Of a DNA stretch of 64,000 nt, positions 50,092 to 57,773 are shown in pieces. The stretch comes from Candidatus Levyibacteriota bacterium (GTDB lineage Bacteria > Patescibacteriota > Microgenomatia > Levybacterales > GWA1-39-11): positions 26 through 64,025 of the forward strand of contig JBLMVJ010000019.1 of the NCBI GenBank assembly GCA_050255815.1, written 5' to 3'. The notes beneath the pieces were generated by a model. It was not told the origin of the DNA. It did not search any database and worked only from the letters and a program-made list of their open reading frames with translations. Numbering within the stretch: position 1 is the stretch's first letter; every line of letters starts with the position of its first letter. The translations under genes were made by a program, and so were the position numbers.

Positions 50092-51543
50092 TTATTCTTC
50101 TGGGGATTTTTTATCCGGTTTCAATGTGGGGAAAAAAACCATTTCCCGGACAGGCTTATCTATCAAAAGGGCAAAAAGTCTTTCAGAAACACCAAATCCG
50201 GCTGCCGGGGGCATACCATACTCTAATGCTTCTACAAAATCCTCATCCATCATTTGGGCTTCCTCATCCCCGGCTTCGCGCAGTTTCATTTGTTCTTCAA
50301 ACCGCTCCCGCTGGTCTATAGGGTCATTTAGCTCTGAAAATCCTTTACCCAGCTCTGAACCCATAGCCAGAACCTGCATACGCTGTACATTCTGGGGTCT
50401 GTCAGGCAAACGTTTTGCAAGAGGTTCAACTTCAACCGGGTGGTTGAGTACAAACATAGGCTGGACAAGTTTTGGCCTGATTGTCTTTTTATATAAATAA
50501 TCAAGAAGTCTACCCTTCCCTAAATTTGGCTCTACCTTTACATGCTTTTCATCCGCTAACTTATATAAATCTTCTACTGACAATTCTTCTATATGTATCT
50601 GCCAATGTTCATTTAATAATTCCGCGTAGTCTTTTCTGGGCCAGTTTCCTTCCCAGTTAATCTCCTGCCCATTCCACTGGGTTTTTAAACTTCCAAAAGT
50701 CTCCTGGATTACCTTTTTATACATATCTTCTACAAAATCCATGAGTTCAGAATAATCCGCATATGCCCAATAGAATTCCAGTTGGGTATAATCCTGCAAA
50801 TGCTCATCATCTATTCCCTCATTCCTAAATATTCTGCCTATTTCAAATACCTTTTCAAATCCGCCAACCAAGAGCCTTTTAAGTGGTAATTCTAGTGAGA
50901 TGCGAAGATATAAATCCATATCCTGGGCATTATGGTGGGTAACAAAGGGTCTGGCGTCAGCTCCTCCAGGAATTTGCTGTAAAACCGGCGTCTCAACTTC
51001 TAAAAATCCATGATCCACCATGTAATTTCTGATGCTTTGCCAGAATTTTGTTTTCTTTTTGAAATCATCCTTTACCTCAGGGTTCATCAAAAGATCCAGA
51101 TATCTTTTTCTAAGACGGGTTTCTACATCCTTTAAACCGTAAAACTCTGAAGGGAGAGGTAATAAGGATTTAGTAAGAAGCTGCCAGGAAGCCGGCATAA
51201 TAGAAATTTCTCCAGCTATGGTTTTCCCAACTTCACCTTCTACCTGGATAAAGTCACCTATATCTAAAAGCCTGAGGTTTTTAAAACCTTCCGGCCCCAG
51301 TATTTTTTTTTGGAAGAAAATTTGTATCTTTCCACTCTCATCTTTCAGGTCTGCAAAGGCAATATTACCATGCTCTCTATAGGAAAAAATCCTACCAGTG
51401 ACCGCTACGTTCTTTCCCTCTGAATCCAAAGCCTGGGCAACAGAATGAGTTCTTTTAGTTGTAGCAGGGTAGGGGTCTATCTGTAATTCTTTTAGTTTCT
51501 CTAATTTTTCTAATCGCGCTTTTTTAAAGTTCTGTTCGTCCAT
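50092..51543 (-). CDS. lysS: Lysine--tRNA ligase (class II)
   Basis: GGADARPFVTHHN, YLRISLEL, FRNEGID, YGMPPAAGFG. Confidence 0.97.
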   Translation of the reverse strand: MDEQNFKKARLEKLEKLKELQIDPYPATTKRTHSVAQALDSEGKNVAVTGRIFSYREHGNIAFADLKDESGKIQIFFQKKILGPEGFKNLRLLDIGDFIQVEGEVGKTIAGEISIMPASWQLLTKSLLPLPSEFYGLKDVETRLRKRYLDLLMNPEVKDDFKKKTKFWQSIRNYMVDHGFLEVETPVLQQIPGGADARPFVTHHNAQDMDLYLRISLELPLKRLLVGGFEKVFEIGRIFRNEGIDDEHLQDYTQLEFYWAYADYSELMDFVEDMYKKVIQETFGSLKTQWNGQEINWEGNWPRKDYAELLNEHWQIHIEELSVEDLYKLADEKHVKVEPNLGKGRLLDYLYKKTIRPKLVQPMFVLNHPVEVEPLAKRLPDRPQNVQRMQVLAMGSELGKGFSELNDPIDQRERFEEQMKLREAGDEEAQMMDEDFVEALEYGMPPAAGFGVSERLFALLIDKPVREMVFFPTLKPDKKSPEE

Positions 51544-51592
51544 ACCAGTATTTTACTATATCTCATACTTTTCTGCCTAAAGTATTTACATT

Positions 51593-51934
51593 TTAACTTG
51601 CTCTTTTTTGTGCACTTACCGTGTTTCCTTCTGGTAGAGCATACAATCTATTCTCCCGGATAAATGTCTGCCTTGCATACTCTTTCACTATGTTACGCAT
51701 TTCCCACCCTAATCCTTCAACTGCATTTCTTACGTTGGCACCAAGAGCACCTTGTTGGGCAATAGCAATCCGCTCCCCCTCTACACCAACCCGGGACATG
51801 CTGAGCTGCACCTGTGTACGGGGCTGCTCATCTATAAGCACCTGGGAAATATCAAGGGCAATAACCCGTCCATTATTACTAAAGTAGTGTTCTCCCGTTT
51901 TTAAATTATTTAATGCTTCAATTATATTTTTCAT
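51593..51934 (-). CDS. Hypothetical protein, first full gene downstream of the Lys attenuator
   Basis: SD AAGGAGGTGAT (51939-51949) before ATG 51934; no recognisable family. Confidence 0.7.
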   Translation of the reverse strand: MKNIIEALNNLKTGEHYFSNNGRVIALDISQVLIDEQPRTQVQLSMSRVGVEGERIAIAQQGALGANVRNAVEGLGWEMRNIVKEYARQTFIRENRLYALPEGNTVSAQKRAS

Positions 51935-51955
51935 GTTTATCACCTCCTTTTTTCA

Positions 51956-52056
51956 GTTTTTAGCCATATTCTCCTTGTTCATGTGTCTAAAAACCGTTGG
52001 TTTTTAGCCATATTCTCCTTGTTCATGTGTCTAAAAACCGTTGGTTTTTAGCCATA
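51956..52056 (-). repeat. 44-bp tandem repeat (about 2.3 copies) encoding mini-ORFs MAKNQRFLDT, MAKNQRFLDT, MAKN
   Basis: Exact period 44 (tagccata at 51961, 52005, 52049); each full unit has hairpin ctaaaaacc/ggtttttag and an AAGGAG. Confidence 0.9.
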
Positions 52057-52079
52057 AAAAAACCCCGCTGGTGCGGGGT
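52056..52079 (-). terminator. Intrinsic terminator (attenuator)
   Basis: Minus strand ACCCCGC-ACCA-GCGGGG followed by 7 U. Confidence 0.88.
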
Positions 52080-52111
52080 CCGGTTTTTAAAAGTCCACAA
52101 AAACCAAACCC

Positions 52112-52156
52112 CTACGGGGTCTTCTTGGACTTCTTAGAAATAGTATTGAATGACAT
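52112..52156 (-). CDS. Putative lysine-sensing leader peptide MSFNTISKKSKKTP
   Basis: Four AAG codons near its end; lies between a consensus promoter and an antiterminator/terminator pair. Confidence 0.7.
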   Translation of the reverse strand: MSFNTISKKSKKTP

Positions 52157-52165
52157 ATTTTCCAA

Positions 52166-52194
52166 ATAGTAACACTGCTGTCATGCAGTGTCAA
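52166..52194 (-). promoter_or_regulatory. Sigma70-type promoter of the Lys leader
   Basis: TTGACA (52194-52189), 17 nt, TACTAT (52171-52166), with extended TG. Confidence 0.8.
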
Positions 52195-53189
52195 GTTTTC
52201 TTTTCAAACCGGCTCATTAGTTCATATGCCTCATCTTTTATTTCTTCTGTCACCTCAAGCCTTACCATTCCTGCCCCCGGCTGCCCATAAAAAATGGTAA
52301 AGCCAAGAGGAGCGCAGAGTAGGGCAGGCAAAACAGCAAGATCCTCTTCCCCTTCTACAATAATCACTACCCTAGGCCCTCTCTCGCCCGGGAAGAAAGC
52401 TTGGGATGATTGCCTAAGAACTTTACGGATGGCTTTCGTTAGCTCTGAACTTACATTGCCTGCCGTATTTACTACCTTTATTTTTTCAGACGGTGGAAAC
52501 TCCCCTTCCGGAATTTCTTTGCGCTCTACTTTGTTATCAATAATTGCCAACTGAGGAAAAATTTCCGCATCCAGAAATGTTTTTGTGGTCCTATCACCTA
52601 CGGTTATTAATTTTTTAGAATTTATCCGGGGAGGTTCTGTAATGATTTCTCCCCAAATATCCTGTAGTTTTTTGCGTAGGGTAGAGGGGAGTAGAAAAGT
52701 ACTTTCCAACCATTCCTGTTTTACAAATATCCGCCCTGCTCTGTTAATTTCCCCATTCCTTATTCTGGTAGAGGTTATTGGTTCACCATCTTCTGCTAGG
52801 GTTAATTGAAAAATCTCCAGCGGCAATTCAGGCATACCCTCCTCTACCCTTTTTTTATTTACCCCTCTACCCGCTTCTTCCGTTGCCGTGGTTACCGCTA
52901 GGGAATCGAATTTATAGGCAGGATTCAGCGTAGGGCCAAAGTGGTCATCTAGGGAAACAATTTCTATATCCTCTGCTCTCCCTGTGCTTTTTAAAAAGGC
53001 TTCAAGGGCATGCAGCCGGATATCATATGCTTCAACTCCTAAGCCTCCTTTATACGCATTAATATAGGTATCAGAAGTTAACCCAAGCACAACTTTTTCG
53101 CCTAGGCTTACTATAAAATTAAGAAAATCTTTGTGTCCTTGGTGGAGCCGGTCAAATGTGCCGCCTGCAGCTACTAAATGATATGCCAT
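52191..53189 (-). CDS. Fusion of archaeal/eukaryotic-type phosphopantetheine adenylyltransferase and DUF359 (GTP-dependent dephospho-CoA kinase)
   Basis: GGTFDRLHQGH, ITSTRIRNGEI; then TVGDRTT, IIDNKVER, VEGEEDLAVLP, YGQPGAG. Confidence 0.85.
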   Translation of the reverse strand: MAYHLVAAGGTFDRLHQGHKDFLNFIVSLGEKVVLGLTSDTYINAYKGGLGVEAYDIRLHALEAFLKSTGRAEDIEIVSLDDHFGPTLNPAYKFDSLAVTTATEEAGRGVNKKRVEEGMPELPLEIFQLTLAEDGEPITSTRIRNGEINRAGRIFVKQEWLESTFLLPSTLRKKLQDIWGEIITEPPRINSKKLITVGDRTTKTFLDAEIFPQLAIIDNKVERKEIPEGEFPPSEKIKVVNTAGNVSSELTKAIRKVLRQSSQAFFPGERGPRVVIIVEGEEDLAVLPALLCAPLGFTIFYGQPGAGMVRLEVTEEIKDEAYELMSRFEKKT

Positions 53190-53306
53190 TAAGGGAAATT
53201 ATATACCACTCGCAAATAAATTCGCATCGGGTATTACTTCTTCTAAGCTCATTTGCAGCAAAATAGTTGCAAATTGAGCAAGAAGAGTATAGTTGAGACT
53301 GGTGTT

Positions 53307-54251
53307 TTATACCATCCCAAACTTCTTCTTGAGGTTTACTACCATGTCTTCCGTCATCTTAGGTAAATCAAATTCATGTTTCCATCCCCAGTCGGAACGT
53401 GCTTTTGAATCATCTATAGTCATAGGCCAGGAATTTGCAATAGCTTGCCGTTTATCCGGATTATAGGTAACCTTTAAGTCAGGAATATGTTTTTTTAATT
53501 CTTCTTCTAGTTCTTTCGCGGTAAAACTTATAGCGGTCAGGTTATAGCTGTTTCTGATAGTAATCTTATGAGAATCTGCTTCCATGAGGTCTATAGTTGC
53601 CTTAATGGCATCATCTATATACATCATAGGAAGCGTAGTATCAGGTCCTACAAAACATTCATATGCCCCTTTTTGCAATCCATCATAAAAAATTGCAACC
53701 GCGTAATCTGTAGTGCCGCCACCGGGAGGAGTTTTCCAGGAAATAATACCGGGGTATCTTACGGATCTGACATCTAACCCAAACTTAATATTATAATACC
53801 TGCACAATCCTTCCCCGGAATATTTTGTCACACCATAAATAGTGGTAGGCTCCAAAACCGTATGCTGGGGTGTTTCAACCCTGGGAGTGGAAGGGCCAAA
53901 AGCGGCAATTGAGGATGGCCAAAAAATCTGCAAGCCATACTCAACTCCCAGATCCAGGATATGTTTTAGTCCATTCATGTTAATATCCCATGTCACGCTT
54001 GGATCAATTTCACCTTTTACTGATAACAGAGAGACCAGATGATATACGGTGTTAATTTGATATTTTTCAATAATCTTTTTTAATGTTTCTTTATCCCTGC
54101 TGTCAGCCTGCTCCAGAATACCGTCAAAATCTTTTGGTATGGTTGAATGGCCTACAGCCACTACATTTTCTTTCCCATACTTTTTCTGCAAGGCTGGGAC
54201 TAATTCTGACCCTATTTGTCCAAATGCGCCGGTAACTAATATTTTTTTCAT
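53307..54251 (-). CDS. tdh: L-threonine 3-dehydrogenase (SDR type)
   Basis: TGAFGQIG, PSSIAAFG, YGVTK, PGGGTTDYAV, IANSWP; adjacent to kbl. Confidence 0.88.
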   Translation of the reverse strand: MKKILVTGAFGQIGSELVPALQKKYGKENVVAVGHSTIPKDFDGILEQADSRDKETLKKIIEKYQINTVYHLVSLLSVKGEIDPSVTWDINMNGLKHILDLGVEYGLQIFWPSSIAAFGPSTPRVETPQHTVLEPTTIYGVTKYSGEGLCRYYNIKFGLDVRSVRYPGIISWKTPPGGGTTDYAVAIFYDGLQKGAYECFVGPDTTLPMMYIDDAIKATIDLMEADSHKITIRNSYNLTAISFTAKELEEELKKHIPDLKVTYNPDKRQAIANSWPMTIDDSKARSDWGWKHEFDLPKMTEDMVVNLKKKFGMV

Positions 54252-54324
54252 TTTGCGTACCCTTTGACAGGCTGAATACAATATCTAATTCAGTCTGTCA
54301 TCCTGTGTACTCACAGGACCTACC

Positions 54325-55494
54325 TTAGTTCAAAAGCCCAAGTTCTTTCGCTGTCTCTTCAAATGCCTTAATCCCGAAATCCAGATCCTCCCTGCTGTGT
54401 GCCGCTGAAGGAATTACCCTTACTCTTGCCGCACCCTTTGCTACCATGGGAAATTTAATTGCTGATGCAAAAACATTCTTCTCCATGAGCTTTGCGCTAA
54501 ATGTTGCGGCAATTTCTTCATCCTCTAACATGACGGGCGTTATAGGAGATTTACTTTTTCCGGTGTCAAAACCTAATTCCTGAAACTTGCTTTTAATATA
54601 TTCCGTATTCTCCCACAGTTTTTTTACCAACTCGTCAGATTCCTGCAATATCTTGAAGCCTTCTAGCGCTGCTGCGGTATCAGGGATAGTGAGCGTATTT
54701 GAAAATAAAAATTGCCTCGCATTCTTTTTATAGTACGCAATTAATTCTTTTTTACCGGTAATAAATCCCCCCATAACGCTAAAAGCCTTAGAGAGGGTAC
54801 CTACTTCTATATCTACCTGCCCGTGCAGTCCAAAATGGTCTACTATACCACGCCCTCCGCGTCCCAGTACTCCTTCTCCATGCGCATCATCTACCATGGT
54901 TAACGCCCCATACTGTTTTGCCAGTTCTACAATTTCCGGCAAGGGAGCCAAATCTCCATCCATAGAAAAGACGCCATCAGTTACAATTAGGATCTTTGCG
55001 TTTTCAATCTTTATGGCTTCTTTAAGCTGTTCTTCCAAACTTCCCATGTCCAAATGCTTGTAAATGAATTTATTCTTTACCTGGGAAAGCCTCACGGCAT
55101 CAATAATAGAGGCATGGTTCAACTCGTCTGAAACTACTACATCTTCTTTTCCTATGATTGTTTGGATTGCTGCACAATTTGCCATATATCCTCCGGTCAA
55201 AACTATAGCGTCTTCTGCTTCTTTAAAGGCTGCAATTGTTTTTTCAAGCTCAACGTTTAAGATATTTGTACCTGCCAGAGTCCTATACCCGGTCCCCACT
55301 CCATACCGGTCTACTGCTTTCTTTACCGATTCAATTACCCTGGGATGGACGGCTAGCCCCAAATAATGGCTGGAACAGAAATTAAGCTTTTTGACACCTT
55401 TTACGGTAAGATATGCACCTTCTCCTGATTCAATTATTGCAGGAGAACTAGTAGTTTCCGGGGCCAATTTTTGGTAAAACACTGAAATATCCAT
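54325..55494 (-). CDS. kbl: Glycine C-acetyltransferase (2-amino-3-ketobutyrate CoA ligase), AOS family
   Basis: SDELNHASIID, TDGVFSMDG, DDAHGEG, GTLSKA; operon with tdh. Confidence 0.8.
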   Translation of the reverse strand: MDISVFYQKLAPETTSSPAIIESGEGAYLTVKGVKKLNFCSSHYLGLAVHPRVIESVKKAVDRYGVGTGYRTLAGTNILNVELEKTIAAFKEAEDAIVLTGGYMANCAAIQTIIGKEDVVVSDELNHASIIDAVRLSQVKNKFIYKHLDMGSLEEQLKEAIKIENAKILIVTDGVFSMDGDLAPLPEIVELAKQYGALTMVDDAHGEGVLGRGGRGIVDHFGLHGQVDIEVGTLSKAFSVMGGFITGKKELIAYYKKNARQFLFSNTLTIPDTAAALEGFKILQESDELVKKLWENTEYIKSKFQELGFDTGKSKSPITPVMLEDEEIAATFSAKLMEKNVFASAIKFPMVAKGAARVRVIPSAAHSREDLDFGIKAFEETAKELGLLN

Positions 55495-55651
55495 GGTTTA
55501 GGATTAATTGTAACGAAGGTTAACCCTACGGTCAATTTTTTGAACAAATTGATCTTTTTTATACTTTTTGTTAAAATATTAACACTTCCCGCATAAAGAG
55601 GTTTCAGTGCAAGCCAGTTCGACAAACTCACTGCAGGCAGTACTAAAGAAT

Positions 55652-56230
55652 ATGATTACCGTACCAGAAGCGACAGAAAAAATTGTAAAAAGGTCCAGAT
55701 ACCTTTCAGAGGCCATGTCTAAAGACCTGATAAACCTATCTTCTTTAGCCCGGTATATTAAGCCAGAAATTGAGGAAATGCTCATAAAAGAAGTGAGTCT
55801 TCCTTCTGTTATTATGGCTTTAAAGAGGCTGAGTGTAAAGCTGGCGCCCACTTCTTCTTTTCAAAATATCCTCTCCACCGCCCCCCAACTTACCGTCCGG
55901 TCTTCCCTATCTTTCCTCAGGTCAAAAACCGGGAAGTCTGAACACACAGGAAGCCTATTTGCCTTAACCCAAAATGAAAAGGAAACCGTAGCTTTAGTAG
56001 AAAAACAAAAAGGAGAAATACCTGTTTCTGCCATCACGATTAAACTGGAAAAAAATCATAAAGACATGCCGGGAGTCTATTATTTCTTTCTGAAATCCCT
56101 TGCGTGGGAACGGATTAACGTTTTAGGGATCTTTGCCACAGAAGAACATTTCACTATAGTAATTGAGGATAAGGATACATCCCGCGCGTTTGGAATACTG
56201 AAAACATTAGGAAGCGAAGTTAGTGGATAG
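55652..56230 (+). CDS. ACT-domain regulator-like protein (type often mislabelled aspartate kinase)
   Basis: LINLSSLARYI...IMALKRL N-terminus; PGVYYFFLKSLAWERINV ACT-like C-terminus; no kinase domain. Confidence 0.7.
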   Translation: MITVPEATEKIVKRSRYLSEAMSKDLINLSSLARYIKPEIEEMLIKEVSLPSVIMALKRLSVKLAPTSSFQNILSTAPQLTVRSSLSFLRSKTGKSEHTGSLFALTQNEKETVALVEKQKGEIPVSAITIKLEKNHKDMPGVYYFFLKSLAWERINVLGIFATEEHFTIVIEDKDTSRAFGILKTLGSEVSG

Positions 56231-56690
56231 AAACAACGGTGTATGTAATTTTTCCTGCTGGTGCTTCAACCTCAATCTTTTCCCCCACACCTTTCCCTAT
56301 CAAAGCCTTCCCTAAAGGAGATTCATGGGAAATTTTCTTGTTGTGGGGATCTGCTTCCCACTCTCCAACTAAAGAAAACTCTTCTTTCTTACCATTCACG
56401 GAAATTACAATTAAAGACCCAAGTTGTATTGTTTTTGTACCTTTAGAACCTTCAGTAATAAGCTCAACATTTTTAAGGATTTCAGATAATTCTTCTATCC
56501 TGCCATCAATTAAAGAAAGCTCTTCCCTGGCTGCCGTATACTCTGAGTTTTCAGAAAGGTCACCCATAGCGCGGGCTGCAGAAACCCGTTCCAGGACTTC
56601 AGGACGCTTTGTTTTAGAAAGTTCTTCCAGCTCACGCTTCAGCTCTTCCAAACCTTCTTTTGTTACAAATATTTTCTTTTTGTCTGACAT
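56220..56690 (-). CDS. greA: Transcription elongation factor GreA
   Basis: GDLSENSEY, ISHESPLGKAL; SD AAGGAG. Confidence 0.96.
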   Translation of the reverse strand: MSDKKKIFVTKEGLEELKRELEELSKTKRPEVLERVSAARAMGDLSENSEYTAAREELSLIDGRIEELSEILKNVELITEGSKGTKTIQLGSLIVISVNGKKEEFSLVGEWEADPHNKKISHESPLGKALIGKGVGEKIEVEAPAGKITYTVVSIH

Positions 56691-56708
56691 AAATACTCCT
56701 TTTGGCTT

Positions 56709-56837
56709 AAAAAAAACCCCTTCCTTTGTATGGTTTGGGAGGGATCTTGATAATATCTTGATATTGCTCTAAAAATAAAAATTTATTTTAGAATAAATAT
56801 CAAATGACACTATACTAGATGATCTTTGATATGTCAA
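56709..56837 (-). promoter_or_regulatory. greA promoter and leader with terminator-like hairpin
   Basis: TTGACA (56837-56832), 17 nt, TATAGT (56814-56809); imperfect stem ending GGAAGGGG plus 8 U just before the SD. Confidence 0.6.
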
Positions 56838-56853
56838 TATCCTGGAGTATGAG

Positions 56854-57768
56854 CTAATTTATTGCATATTCCAGTGCCCTTTTCTCTTCAATCTTCCTTT
56901 TTTTCATTTGGTTTTTTTGGGCCTTTATTTTAATTTCAAAAAGCTCCTGCACCATTTTTGCATAGGGTACCGGGTGGAACATAATAACAGAAGGAGTTAT
57001 GTATTCTGAAGTCACCCTTTTTTTCATGTAAGTATATTGCATAAAGAAAAAAACACGGTCTATAGGGCGCAACATCCAGGAAAAAAGAGTAACGGAAGAA
57101 TATTTTTTTTGCTCTTTGAATGCATGAGGAAGAAACTTTAAGGTCCACCTATTTTCAAACAGGAACTTTTGGTACATCTGGTTTTTTGATAGCAGGACCT
57201 TTAGTTGTGCTACTTCATGGGCAGTATAAATAGTCCTGTTTTTTTTGGGCATCTTCAATACATCTTCTGACAGAAACATATTGGGACAAATTTTATCCTG
57301 TTCAAACCTGCTTCCTCTTTTCCGCTTCTCCTGCAATAACAGGAGAATTACCTGGACCAGCAAGCGCGTAATCCATACGGTATTTTTTTTAGTGATAAAA
57401 AATAAATCTATATCATCATGCTTTTTTGCATTCTGCATAGAAACTCCTCCACTTACCCCTATGAGTTTTATAAAAGGAATAAATGCTAAAATATTTGAAA
57501 TCAAAATTGCTTTTGCCATTTTTTTCTTATTTCCTGCTGCTTGAGCATTCCGCTTCTTAATGAACTTTAAATCTCCCCGTAAAACAACATACTGTCCTTC
57601 TACTTCAAATAATGCAGGGTTTTTTGAGATGACAGCCAAAAGCCTGGGATAGGAGATTCTTTTATGGTAATGCAGGTATTTGTAGAGTTCAGAAATAGTT
57701 ACCGGATAAGAGAATATCTGAAAATAACAAAGAGTTTCAACAATTGCCTGCGGTAAAGGTTTATTCAT
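56854..57768 (-). CDS. Nucleotidyltransferase-like hypothetical protein
   Basis: GVSGG...DDIDLFFIT, KICPN, YTAHEVAQL. Confidence 0.7.
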   Translation of the reverse strand: MNKPLPQAIVETLCYFQIFSYPVTISELYKYLHYHKRISYPRLLAVISKNPALFEVEGQYVVLRGDLKFIKKRNAQAAGNKKKMAKAILISNILAFIPFIKLIGVSGGVSMQNAKKHDDIDLFFITKKNTVWITRLLVQVILLLLQEKRKRGSRFEQDKICPNMFLSEDVLKMPKKNRTIYTAHEVAQLKVLLSKNQMYQKFLFENRWTLKFLPHAFKEQKKYSSVTLFSWMLRPIDRVFFFMQYTYMKKRVTSEYITPSVIMFHPVPYAKMVQELFEIKIKAQKNQMKKRKIEEKRALEYAIN

Positions 57769-57773
57769 ATATC

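Noticed and set aside
51956-52056. CRISPR array
   Set aside because: Units are contiguous identical repeats with no unique spacers, and no cas genes are nearby.
54325-55494. Serine palmitoyltransferase or BioF
   Set aside because: Direct coupling to an SDR threonine dehydrogenase favours Kbl; not excluded without a tree.
55607-56230. Aspartate kinase
   Set aside because: Too short and has no amino-acid kinase domain.
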